A stretch of 24,434 bases of DNA from a virus (lineage: Duplodnaviria > Caudoviricetes): IMG/VR virus record IMGVR_UViG_3300009505_000068, positions 1 through 24,434 of that record; one strand, 5' to 3'. Each line of letters begins with the position of its first letter. Within the stretch, counting starts at the first letter, position 1. The position numbers were made by a program, and so were the translations under genes. The notes below the pieces were generated by a model that worked only from the letters and a program-made list of their open reading frames with translations, ran no database searches and had not been told where the DNA came from. Positions 8,890 to 17,554 of this stretch are shown piece by piece.

Positions 8890-9783
8890 GTGAGTGATGC
8901 GTTTAAATTCAAGATATACCTGCCATCCAAGCAGAGATACTATAACTTCAGTGAAATAACCAACAGAGACTACCTTGATATAGTAAAGATAATATCAAAC
9001 TCTGATAACGATCAACTACTAACACACTTCAATGATATTATATATCGGTTATCAGGAAAGAAGGTGATACCCGCTAAAATCTCTCGGATTGATAGTTTTT
9101 GTATACTGATCAATCTATATATCGTGTGTGTCTCAAATGTATTAGAGATAACTCCAAAGGACCAGCAAATAAGTAAGCTCAAGATAGACTTATACGATAT
9201 ACTTGACAAGGTAACCAACTTTGACTTCGAGTATACACATCTTCTAGAGATCAGCGACGATATAAAAATTAAATTAGCCACTCCATCTACAATATACGAA
9301 GCATCAACTGACAATCTGATCACTAGTGTTATAGACACTATTCATATCACCGGGAAGACATTTAACTTCTCACAATTTGACCAGAAACAACAACAATCAC
9401 TAATCGACAACATCACTAGTGATGTAACTACACATATAATCCGGAAGATCAAAGAGATAGACCAGAACTATCAGCTCGATGTGATAAAATATGGCCAGGA
9501 CCCACCAACGATTGTAACATTAAACTTGTATAACAACAGCATGTTCGAATTACTAAAAGTTATCTACAACTCCAACTTGGAAGCAGAGTACTACTATAGA
9601 TACTTTATGGCTAAGCATATAAACTTACCTGGTGATCAGATAGAAACATCAACACCAGCTGAAATTCAAACATATCTACAGTTTTACAAGCGTGAGCGTA
9701 AAGAGGAAGAAAAGGCCCGTGAGAAAACCGAACGAGCACAAGGTGGTACTGTAGGAGCCTCACCGATGATGCCTGGTATGTAG
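8890..9783 (+). CDS. Baseplate hub assembly protein, gp26-like N-terminus with gp51-like C-terminus
   Basis: N-term IYLPSKQRYYNFSEIT resembles gp26; C-term YYYRYFMAKHINL...IETSTPAEIQTYL resembles gp51 (yy..f.lm.h.....ie.m.P.E..iY); GTG start. Confidence 0.55.
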   Translation: MSDAFKFKIYLPSKQRYYNFSEITNRDYLDIVKIISNSDNDQLLTHFNDIIYRLSGKKVIPAKISRIDSFCILINLYIVCVSNVLEITPKDQQISKLKIDLYDILDKVTNFDFEYTHLLEISDDIKIKLATPSTIYEASTDNLITSVIDTIHITGKTFNFSQFDQKQQQSLIDNITSDVTTHIIRKIKEIDQNYQLDVIKYGQDPPTIVTLNLYNNSMFELLKVIYNSNLEAEYYYRYFMAKHINLPGDQIETSTPAEIQTYLQFYKRERKEEEKAREKTERAQGGTVGASPMMPGM

Positions 9784-9804
9784 GTTGATTTATATAAACA
9801 TACC

Positions 9805-9812
9805 GATAAATA
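9805..9812 (+). promoter_or_regulatory. Late promoter GATAAATA
   Basis: 3 nt/6 nt before tandem ATGs 9816/9819; TTGATT at 9785-9790. Confidence 0.7.
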
Positions 9813-9815
9813 CAT

Positions 9816-10601
9816 ATGATGTCAAACAATAGTTCATATAAGAATCTTTTAGCTAGTATTAACGAGCTCAACAATAAAGACACACTGAGTGTATATGTAC
9901 CGAGTGTTGGTAATGATGTGCCATTTGCACCACTAACAGTCAAGCAACAGAAATTGTTACTATCCAGTAGCGTTGATACAGACTTTGAAAACTTGTCGTT
10001 CATGAACGCTATCAACAGTATCATATCAACTAATTGTAAGCAGAGTGTTCAAATACTAACGACTGATAAACCTTTAATCGTGTTACAATTGAGAGAACAT
10101 GCGATCGGTGGTACACTTAAGATTGAAGAGGATGACACTACTCATGAGATCAACTTGAGTGAGCATATTGCTACTTGTAAATCACTTGATGCATCAATTT
10201 CCGATAACCTCGAGATTGAGCATGATATCATCAAGATCACATGTCATGTACCTGATATAGCTACAGACACCAAGTATAACAAGCAATTCACAAAGAAAGT
10301 TCAAAAGCCAAAATCAAAAGAAAAATTAAAAGTCACGGATGTGATTGGAGATATATATGTATCTGAGTTGGTCAAATATATACAGGCGATAATCATAGGT
10401 GAGGATGTAGTCACTCCAGGAGTTGATGTCAATATATCAGACATGGTAAATGTATTTGAATCCCTGCCTATGCAAGTCAGTAACAAATTAGCAGCCCTTG
10501 TTAAACAAACCCGTAAATTTGAAATAGCATGCTTGACTCCAGAATCTCTACCAGAAGGAGTGTCCATTAGTATAGACGCTAGCCTATTCACCACTGAATA
10601 G
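9816..10601 (+). CDS. Baseplate hub assembly protein (T4 gp26-like)
   Basis: VYVPSVGNDVPFAPLTVKQQKLLL matches gp26 N-terminal pattern; DKPLIVLQLREHAIG; ends ASLF; precedes tape measure. Confidence 0.7.
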   Translation: MMSNNSSYKNLLASINELNNKDTLSVYVPSVGNDVPFAPLTVKQQKLLLSSSVDTDFENLSFMNAINSIISTNCKQSVQILTTDKPLIVLQLREHAIGGTLKIEEDDTTHEINLSEHIATCKSLDASISDNLEIEHDIIKITCHVPDIATDTKYNKQFTKKVQKPKSKEKLKVTDVIGDIYVSELVKYIQAIIIGEDVVTPGVDVNISDMVNVFESLPMQVSNKLAALVKQTRKFEIACLTPESLPEGVSISIDASLFTTE

Positions 10602-10613
10602 TAACGATCTGAC

Positions 10614-10621
10614 CATAAATA
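10614..10621 (+). promoter_or_regulatory. Late promoter CATAAATA within an inverted repeat
   Basis: 10 nt before ATG 10632; embedded in GACCATAA-ataa-TTATGGTC (10611-10630). Confidence 0.75.
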
Positions 10622-10631
10622 ATTATGGTCC

Positions 10632-13600
10632 ATGGAAGATAAACTAGGAGATTTAATTACCGCTCTAACTGAGCTGGTCGAAAAGCTTGATGACAAGCCT
10701 ACTGGTGAGGTCACATCAAAGGCTAGGTTCAACCCGGATGATATGTTTGCACCTACCGAAGAGCAGGTATCAGCTAAGGAGAACAAGGAGTTAGCTAAAG
10801 ATATCGCCAAAGAAAACGCGAAAAATAACAAAGAAAAGAAAACATCCCGAAAAATACTCAAAGATGTAATGCCGGTATCAGTGGTTAACTTTGATAGCAA
10901 AGCGTTGAAGCAGTTAGGTGAAGTGGTGTCAAATAACATAACTGATAGGGTCACTAAGGACACTGAAGCACCTAAAGACAAAGCTCCTAGTTGGCTCAAG
11001 TCACTAAAAATGATAGGATACGGAGCCTTCGCATTGATTATAGGACCGATAATCGCCTTGTTTGCATTCTTTGAGGAGATCGGAAAACAGAAGTGGTTTT
11101 TATCTCTGAAGGAATTCCTAAAAAAGAAAGTAGGAGGTCCGTTAGCAAAACTATTTAAACCTATAACATCATTCTTCGATAAGTTCAAAACTCGGATTGG
11201 TAATTTATGGAAAAGTGTCAAGAAGTTTTTCAAACCAGTCACGGACACACTTAAAAGTATAGGCACAAAGATCAAGAATATTGGTAAATCTATCAAGTCT
11301 TTATTGAGACCTATATTCGGTGGCGCTACAAAGCCCGGGTTGTTCACTCGCTTGAAGGACATAATACTGAAGAATCCTGTGATAAAAGGAATGACAGCAT
11401 TTTTCAAGGGACTTGGTAGCGTATTAGGTAAAATATTTCTACCCATCACCATCATAATGGGTGTGTTTGACTTTGTGACTGGGTTTATGGATGGTTACGA
11501 AAAAGAAGGATCGATCATCGATGGAATAGAAGGTGGAATCACAAAAGTGCTTGATACTTTGATAGCCATGCCGTTGGATATGTTAAAATCAGCGGTTAGT
11601 TGGATCCTCGGCAAGTTTGGTTTCACAGAAGCAGAGAAGACACTAGACGCATTCAGTTTTAGCACCTTGTTGAGTGATATGATTGGTGGTCTCTTTAAGA
11701 CATACAAGGATATATTTGCCAAGATCACTAGTGTACTCACAGGCATATGGGATTCATTTATAGGTATATTCACTTCAACGGGAGAGGCGGATGAAAAGGG
11801 AATGGTCGAGAAAGCGCTGGTTTTCGTTTATAAAATATTAACCCTACCGTTAGATCTGATAAAGGATGCAGTAAGTTGGCTTCTGGGTGCATTTGGATTC
11901 GAGAATGCAGAGAAATCACTAGATAGTTGGTCTTTCGCCAAGATTTATGAGGATCTGATCGGGGCTATATTCGGATTTATGGAGGGTGCATTCGAATTCG
12001 TCAAGTCACTGTTCACAGAGCCAAAAAAGGCGTTTGAGAAGATAGGAAAGTGGTTTGACAAGTTGTTTGCTGACCCAATAGGAACAATCAAAGAGTTATT
12101 ACCAAAATGGATGACAGACTTTGGAACTTGGGTATGGGACACACTTATAGCACCTGTCGCTAAGTTGTTTACAGCTACAGCTGACAACCCAGTGGCGGCA
12201 AAAGCAGCATTCAAAAAACTATTACCAAAATGGATGTCTGGGTTTGGTGATTGGGTATTTGATTCATTAATACTACCAATATCACAATATTTCGACAAAC
12301 TACTCAACTCTACAAGCGCATCAGAAATACTATCTGCATTGATTCCACAGTGGTTGAAAGATACCGGAAAATGGGTGTATAACAACACAATACAACCACT
12401 GATGGATATATTCTCTGACATTACTAAGGACCCAAAAGGATCAAAATCTGCGTTTTTAGAGATGTTACCAGATTGGATGACCGGTATAGGGGGATGGGTA
12501 TTTGACGAGGTTATAGCCCCAATTGCAAAATGGTTTACAGACTTTGCTGATCCTAGTGTAGGTTTTACGGAACTCCTTCCAGACTGGATGTTAGATGTAG
12601 GTAAATGGGTATATAATACGTTGATAAAACCAATTGGAGATTTAATTACATCACTACTCGATATAGACCTGGTTGGCATGTTGAAGAGCAAGGCAAAAGA
12701 CCTCCTCCCCAAAGCAGGATACGAACTACTCTTTGGTTCTGAAGAAGAAGAGGCATCCGGTAAAGCTGCTGAATCACGTGAAGCTGCAACTAAAGCCACG
12801 GCTTCGGTCGCTGGTTTGAGTGAGACTGCTCAAAAGACAATAGCCAAAGCTCGTGCGAATATAGAGGATACAGTTGGTGGAGATAACACAGCTGATCGCA
12901 CTAACGATCTAATTGATTCCATGAAGAAAGCCATGGTAGATGGAAAAGGTAATGAGTCTGTAACCAAAAAACTATTAATTGAATCCGGGGATTACGACGC
13001 ATTGCTCAAGACTTCAGGGATGGATGAAAAGGACTTCATAAAGAAGATGGCGAAAGGTTATGAGTATGGGATGGTTTACGACTCAGTTTCGGATGCTGGT
13101 GAAGACTTTATTCACAAGGATGGTGGTATGGGTGACATAGCAATGCAAATCGCTAACCAAGAGGGTGAGCATAAAAGGTGGGTAAGTTTAGTCAATACAT
13201 ACGCAAAAGTTCTCAAGGATGAAGGATTAAAGATCGCTGAGTTTCAATACCCATGGGCAACACTAGCTGACAAAGATTCAATAACTAGTGATATACTAGC
13301 CGGATACAACCTCATGTATGATGCTCTTGATGTTGAGACAGATGATGGTAGAGCATTCGCACGAGCTTTGGAGAAAGTAGGTATACACAAGGCCATGAGA
13401 GCAGCTAAGCCAGTTCAAGTTGAAGCACCAGAAATGAACGATTTTATATGGCGCCCTGGTCAAAAACCAATGACATTTAGCAAGGGTGATATTCTGATAG
13501 GATCACATGAAGATAACATATCACCAAGTACACCAGGGAAATCCGATTCCTCTGGTAAGGACATGATCAATAGAATGGATAAAATGGTTGAACTGATGAC

Positions 13601-13778
13601 CGAACACTCAGGTATACATACCAAGGTACTGGAAGTGTTAACAGAGTCTGGTTTGATTGACAAACAAGGTAATACAGTAGTTAACAATGGAGGAAACAGC
13701 ACTACCGTCAACAACTCAGTTGCCGAGCCAAGTATAATGGACTTTCGCGACCGAGTAGTAGGTCGATTATCAAAGTAA
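10632..13778 (+). CDS. Tail tape measure / baseplate hub protein (gp29-like), 1048 aa
   Basis: Long helical protein with hydrophobic segments, W/F-periodic repeats, C-terminal NTVVNNGGNSTTVNN; follows gp26-like chaperones. Confidence 0.85.
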   Translation: MEDKLGDLITALTELVEKLDDKPTGEVTSKARFNPDDMFAPTEEQVSAKENKELAKDIAKENAKNNKEKKTSRKILKDVMPVSVVNFDSKALKQLGEVVSNNITDRVTKDTEAPKDKAPSWLKSLKMIGYGAFALIIGPIIALFAFFEEIGKQKWFLSLKEFLKKKVGGPLAKLFKPITSFFDKFKTRIGNLWKSVKKFFKPVTDTLKSIGTKIKNIGKSIKSLLRPIFGGATKPGLFTRLKDIILKNPVIKGMTAFFKGLGSVLGKIFLPITIIMGVFDFVTGFMDGYEKEGSIIDGIEGGITKVLDTLIAMPLDMLKSAVSWILGKFGFTEAEKTLDAFSFSTLLSDMIGGLFKTYKDIFAKITSVLTGIWDSFIGIFTSTGEADEKGMVEKALVFVYKILTLPLDLIKDAVSWLLGAFGFENAEKSLDSWSFAKIYEDLIGAIFGFMEGAFEFVKSLFTEPKKAFEKIGKWFDKLFADPIGTIKELLPKWMTDFGTWVWDTLIAPVAKLFTATADNPVAAKAAFKKLLPKWMSGFGDWVFDSLILPISQYFDKLLNSTSASEILSALIPQWLKDTGKWVYNNTIQPLMDIFSDITKDPKGSKSAFLEMLPDWMTGIGGWVFDEVIAPIAKWFTDFADPSVGFTELLPDWMLDVGKWVYNTLIKPIGDLITSLLDIDLVGMLKSKAKDLLPKAGYELLFGSEEEEASGKAAESREAATKATASVAGLSETAQKTIAKARANIEDTVGGDNTADRTNDLIDSMKKAMVDGKGNESVTKKLLIESGDYDALLKTSGMDEKDFIKKMAKGYEYGMVYDSVSDAGEDFIHKDGGMGDIAMQIANQEGEHKRWVSLVNTYAKVLKDEGLKIAEFQYPWATLADKDSITSDILAGYNLMYDALDVETDDGRAFARALEKVGIHKAMRAAKPVQVEAPEMNDFIWRPGQKPMTFSKGDILIGSHEDNISPSTPGKSDSSGKDMINRMDKMVELMTEHSGIHTKVLEVLTESGLIDKQGNTVVNNGGNSTTVNNSVAEPSIMDFRDRVVGRLSK
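12096..12660 (+). repeat. Five ~37-41 aa Trp-rich repeats in tape measure (LLPxWMxxxGxWVxxxLIxPIxxxF)
   Basis: Units start near 12096, 12219, 12339, 12462, 12573 (periods 123, 120, 123, 111 bp). Confidence 0.9.
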
Positions 13779-13781
13779 CCT

Positions 13782-13789
13782 GATAAGTA
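13782..13789 (+). promoter_or_regulatory. Late promoter variant GATAAGTA
   Basis: 3 nt after tape-measure stop, 8 nt before ATG 13798. Confidence 0.65.
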
Positions 13790-13797
13790 TATACACC

Positions 13798-14220
13798 ATG
13801 CTACCATCAACTACAGTCATAAATGTCAATTCAGAAGAACGCGACCTAGACTATATTATAGAGAGCCTGACATCAGTCGACATGAGCATAAAGTCATATG
13901 AGGTTAAAAAGAAAAAGATCATCACTAGTGATGTGGTAGCCACCCGAAGTTCTTCATCCAAGGACTTTATATACATTCAAGTAGAAACCGGTGAGTCGAT
14001 CATATTGACTCATGATCATAAGATTTATGTAGATAGTGAATGGCTTCGCGCGGATAAAATAGCCGTAGGTTTGACAGTTCTCAACTCTGAACTCGAACAA
14101 ACCAAAATAGTGGATATGCACAAAATTCACAACGACATGACTCAAAAAGTATACAACCTAACAATAGAAGACACTCAATGTTTCTTCGCCAACGATATAC
14201 TCGTTCACAACGACTCTTAA
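13798..14220 (+). CDS. Stand-alone Hint (intein-like, BIL/PT-HINT type) domain protein
   Basis: Block A-like MLPSTTVI (Met at Cys1 position), block B ETGESIILTHDHKIYV, WLRADKIAVG, block F VYNLTIEDTQCFFAND, block G ILVHN followed only by DS-stop. Confidence 0.9.
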   Translation: MLPSTTVINVNSEERDLDYIIESLTSVDMSIKSYEVKKKKIITSDVVATRSSSSKDFIYIQVETGESIILTHDHKIYVDSEWLRADKIAVGLTVLNSELEQTKIVDMHKIHNDMTQKVYNLTIEDTQCFFANDILVHNDS

Positions 14221-14221
14221 T

Positions 14222-15526
14222 ATGGCACCTCCACCTGAAATATTCCCGGGCGGTACAACTGACGGCAACTCGGCATCAAAAGGAACCAGTGAAAATGAAG
14301 CTGATGCATTAATGCCGGGTGGTGCTAAATTTTACTGGAAGATGTTACCACCTAAAAAAGGTGGTGGTGGTGGAGCTGTTGGAAAAATGGGTGGATTTGG
14401 CCCAGCACCTAGATTATCACCTGCTAGCGAGAGTGTGGATGCAACAGCCGGTGAACACATGAGCCAAACCACCGGCCCGTCAACACATATAAACATCAGA
14501 GACACACATCACTGGACTGAATCACCAACAACATCTCGCCGCGAAGTTCCAATGTTACAATTAAAGGAACTCCGTATACTAACAAACCCTATGTTGAATC
14601 AAGTTATGAACAATATAGGTATTGCTGTTCAAACTGGTGCTGGGGTGTTTGAGTCAGTAAAGGACACAGGAAAAGAGATTAAAAAACTAATGATGGGAGA
14701 AGATGGTAAGATTGCTACTAATTTTAAGGACATCGCTAAAAAGATGGAGAAGTCTGTCGGAGACGGGCTTTCAGCCCTAGCAGATGCCGCTCTAGTCGCC
14801 AGTGAATCTGGTTATGCGAACCCTTTAAATCCTTACACTCAACTATACACAACAACACCAACGAAATTTAAGTATACATTTCCATATATGGAAGACACAT
14901 ATATGAACCGATCTGGTGGTTTTGGGGACTCAGGATCAGCCGGTCTCCTAGCTAATGCGTCGTCTATAGCTGCTAACACTATGGCTGATTTCTCTCTCAA
15001 AAAGATAGACGCTCCTGGAAGGATGATTGAAGAACCAAAAGGATTCACTTTCACAGGTAGAGAGAAATCATACACAGTCAAATTCCCACTATTCAATACA
15101 AAGGACTTTTCAGAGATAATCAAGAACTGGCAGTTCATATACCTACTAACATATCAGAACACACCAAACAGAATAACCAGGGACTTGATTGACCCACCTT
15201 GTATATACGAAGCCAGGATACCTGGTGTGTGGTACAGTAAATATTCAAGTATAACAAACATGCAAGTAGACTTTATTGGAGGCAGAAGAGAGATGTATAT
15301 GCCTGTACCGTATTTAACTAAGAGTGATGATGGTAGTATTGATGGTAAATCTGAGAGTAACTGGATACAACAAAAACGCAAGATAACAACAGTGATACCG
15401 GATGGATACATGGTGTCTATAACAATCACGGAGTTGTTCTCAGAAACTCAAAACTTCATGTATCATATGATCAAAGAGAGCATGAGCGACAAAATAAGAG
15501 TAAACGACACAACTGACCCATTCTGA
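14222..15526 (+). CDS. Baseplate tail-tube cap / tube initiator (gp48-like)
   Basis: PKGFTFTGREKSYTVKFPLFNT, IDPPCIYEARIPG, ITNMQVDF, PDGYMVSITITEL resemble gp48/CIS tube-initiator pattern; Pro/Gly-rich N-terminus; precedes LysM gene. Confidence 0.55.
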   Translation: MAPPPEIFPGGTTDGNSASKGTSENEADALMPGGAKFYWKMLPPKKGGGGGAVGKMGGFGPAPRLSPASESVDATAGEHMSQTTGPSTHINIRDTHHWTESPTTSRREVPMLQLKELRILTNPMLNQVMNNIGIAVQTGAGVFESVKDTGKEIKKLMMGEDGKIATNFKDIAKKMEKSVGDGLSALADAALVASESGYANPLNPYTQLYTTTPTKFKYTFPYMEDTYMNRSGGFGDSGSAGLLANASSIAANTMADFSLKKIDAPGRMIEEPKGFTFTGREKSYTVKFPLFNTKDFSEIIKNWQFIYLLTYQNTPNRITRDLIDPPCIYEARIPGVWYSKYSSITNMQVDFIGGRREMYMPVPYLTKSDDGSIDGKSESNWIQQKRKITTVIPDGYMVSITITELFSETQNFMYHMIKESMSDKIRVNDTTDPF

Positions 15527-15527
15527 G

Positions 15528-15908
15528 ATGATTGAACCTACAAAATACGATAAATACGAAGTACAATCACTACTAAATTTAGATAGTAAGAGTAATTTCG
15601 CAATGGAACGTATATTCAACGTGTACAAACAGCATGGAGCTAAACACTTCTATTATAATATTTTAAACCGGGTTGATTTCCCTGATAACATATCACCAAC
15701 CACATACACAAAATATCACGTCAAGCCTAATGAACCATGGACGTTGATTTCCTATAAATTTTACGCTAGAATAGATCTATGGTGGATTATAGCAGCATAC
15801 AATAAGATTGATGATACATTCACGCCACTTTCTCCTGGAACAGCTCTCATGGTACCGACACCAATGATGATTAGAAATATTATCGATGATATAAAAAACA
15901 GCGTGTAG
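15528..15908 (+). CDS. LysM-like baseplate wedge protein (T4 gp53-like)
   Basis: YHVKPNEPWTLISYKFYARIDLWWIIAAYNKIDD...LSPGTALMVP is a gp53/LysM signature. Confidence 0.85.
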   Translation: MIEPTKYDKYEVQSLLNLDSKSNFAMERIFNVYKQHGAKHFYYNILNRVDFPDNISPTTYTKYHVKPNEPWTLISYKFYARIDLWWIIAAYNKIDDTFTPLSPGTALMVPTPMMIRNIIDDIKNSV

Positions 15909-15909
15909 C

Positions 15910-17553
15910 ATGAGCAATATATCAACTATTGAAGCATGGGTCAATCAGTTAGGATTAGATCATGATAATAACGCCAAAATAGAGCAGTTTGATGATCGTA
16001 GGTTCAAGTTCAGCTTGTATCTATTAAATCAAGATGGACAAGCGATCAAGATTCGCAAAGGATCTATAGATGATCTGTATATAGAGGATAACATACTTGA
16101 CTGGTTTCATAAAGGAAGTGTGACATTCTTAAATCCTGATGATATTATAGAGAGATCTGAATCGGTTCTGTTATCTGATGCTCCTGATGGTACTCGGATA
16201 CCTGTCACACCTTACCGTTTCCGGGGTGATTGTAGAGATTTGCTGCTGTTAACATTCGAACCTCACCTGGATGAGGGTAGTATCAATGAGGGTGTGCCAG
16301 AGTTTCTCAACAGCATGATCCACACCATGAAGTTTTTGTTCTCAGTATATGCGAGTGAGGATATCACATCAGAGAAAGGAAGAATGTACAAAAAGCAAAA
16401 GTTATACTTTCATGATTATCGGTATCAGATGCTCCGAGAGAAAAATCTATACTACAGCACTGCAAAATTCTTACAAATCACAGGTGAGCATAGCATTCCG
16501 AAATATCCTGTATCTAGAATGAATAATGATCAAAGAGGCAAACCTACTGGTGAGATAGTACAAGATATCCTCAGAAGCTCTTTGATGAAGACTGACACCA
16601 AGGATATGTTCTCATATCACTGGAACGCCGGCGGTCCTAAGTTGCATTATACAAGCCCTAGTAACTTCAAAGCAATTGATGACCTGCAATATATACTGGA
16701 CCGACACGTCAGTGATGCTAGCTTTGAACATCAGCCATGCTTGTTACGATTACAACGATTCACTGAAAGATGGGAACTGTTACCTATAACAGAGTACTTT
16801 GCTAGGAGTAAGAGCGGGATCGGCCCAGGAGAATATCAGTCTGAATTCTTTCTATTGAGTAGCATGTCTGAAGCAACACCAGCTGGTATACCACCAGAAA
16901 GAAAAACGTTTGGTAAAGATGTGAAGGATGTGGCGATAAACTATCACTATCCTGATCTATCAGTTGTTGATGATTATATATTCTCCGAGATGAATGGCGT
17001 TGATTGTCAGGAGATGCTAAACAGTGTGATAACACACAGGTACACCGAAAAGACAAAGACATTTAATGTTGACCTAGCAGCCGGTAATGTAAAGACACTA
17101 CAAGAACAATTCCAACGCCTGTATGTCAATCATACGTTTGGAGGAGTAGGAGGACACGGGTTTACTAGCTGGTTATCTGATACTTCACGCTCTCAAAACT
17201 TCAATTTCCGAGTCAGTAGTTCATGGACTAATGACCCAGGTTTATCGAATACTGAATCGAGAAATAAGATATTGTTAGCGGCGTTTTTATTAGGCAATAC
17301 CATACAATTTGACGCACGAGGAGACACTACTCGGCGCGCCGGTGTGTGGATAGCGTTAGACCGGGACAATAATTATATAGAGAATGAATATGATATGAAG
17401 ATATTAGGACAATACTTCGTGACTCGAGTAACCCACCGGATCGATTCATCCGGTGCTTACACAAACAACATAATGGGAGTCAAGCCCTTCTTTTACAAGG
17501 ACGTAAACTTCGACACTAACGATCTGTTCATGAAGAACACAAACACACTATAA
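15910..17553 (+). CDS. Baseplate hub protein (T4 gp27-like)
   Basis: N-term LYIEDNIL..FHKGSVTF; C-term IQFDARGDTTRRAGVWI...LGQYFVTRVTHRI...YTNNI typical of gp27/gpD hubs. Confidence 0.75.
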   Translation: MSNISTIEAWVNQLGLDHDNNAKIEQFDDRRFKFSLYLLNQDGQAIKIRKGSIDDLYIEDNILDWFHKGSVTFLNPDDIIERSESVLLSDAPDGTRIPVTPYRFRGDCRDLLLLTFEPHLDEGSINEGVPEFLNSMIHTMKFLFSVYASEDITSEKGRMYKKQKLYFHDYRYQMLREKNLYYSTAKFLQITGEHSIPKYPVSRMNNDQRGKPTGEIVQDILRSSLMKTDTKDMFSYHWNAGGPKLHYTSPSNFKAIDDLQYILDRHVSDASFEHQPCLLRLQRFTERWELLPITEYFARSKSGIGPGEYQSEFFLLSSMSEATPAGIPPERKTFGKDVKDVAINYHYPDLSVVDDYIFSEMNGVDCQEMLNSVITHRYTEKTKTFNVDLAAGNVKTLQEQFQRLYVNHTFGGVGGHGFTSWLSDTSRSQNFNFRVSSSWTNDPGLSNTESRNKILLAAFLLGNTIQFDARGDTTRRAGVWIALDRDNNYIENEYDMKILGQYFVTRVTHRIDSSGAYTNNIMGVKPFFYKDVNFDTNDLFMKNTNTL

Positions 17554-17554
17554 T

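Noticed and set aside
10301-12799. Long antisense ORFs (384 aa at 10301-11455, 284 aa at 11945-12799)
   Set aside because: Shadow frames of the tape-measure and gp26-like genes; no recognisable motifs or promoter
13760-13800. Programmed frameshift fusing tape measure to Hint domain
   Set aside because: Hint frame is open only ~12 codons upstream, no slippery sequence, no Cys/Ser at position 1, and a late box precedes the ATG
13798-14220. Class 3 intein or split-intein half
   Set aside because: No Cys at block F4 and no WCT triplet; all blocks are in one ORF with no exteins
14360-14375. GGT trinucleotide run
   Set aside because: Encodes a short poly-Gly linker; too short to suggest phase variation
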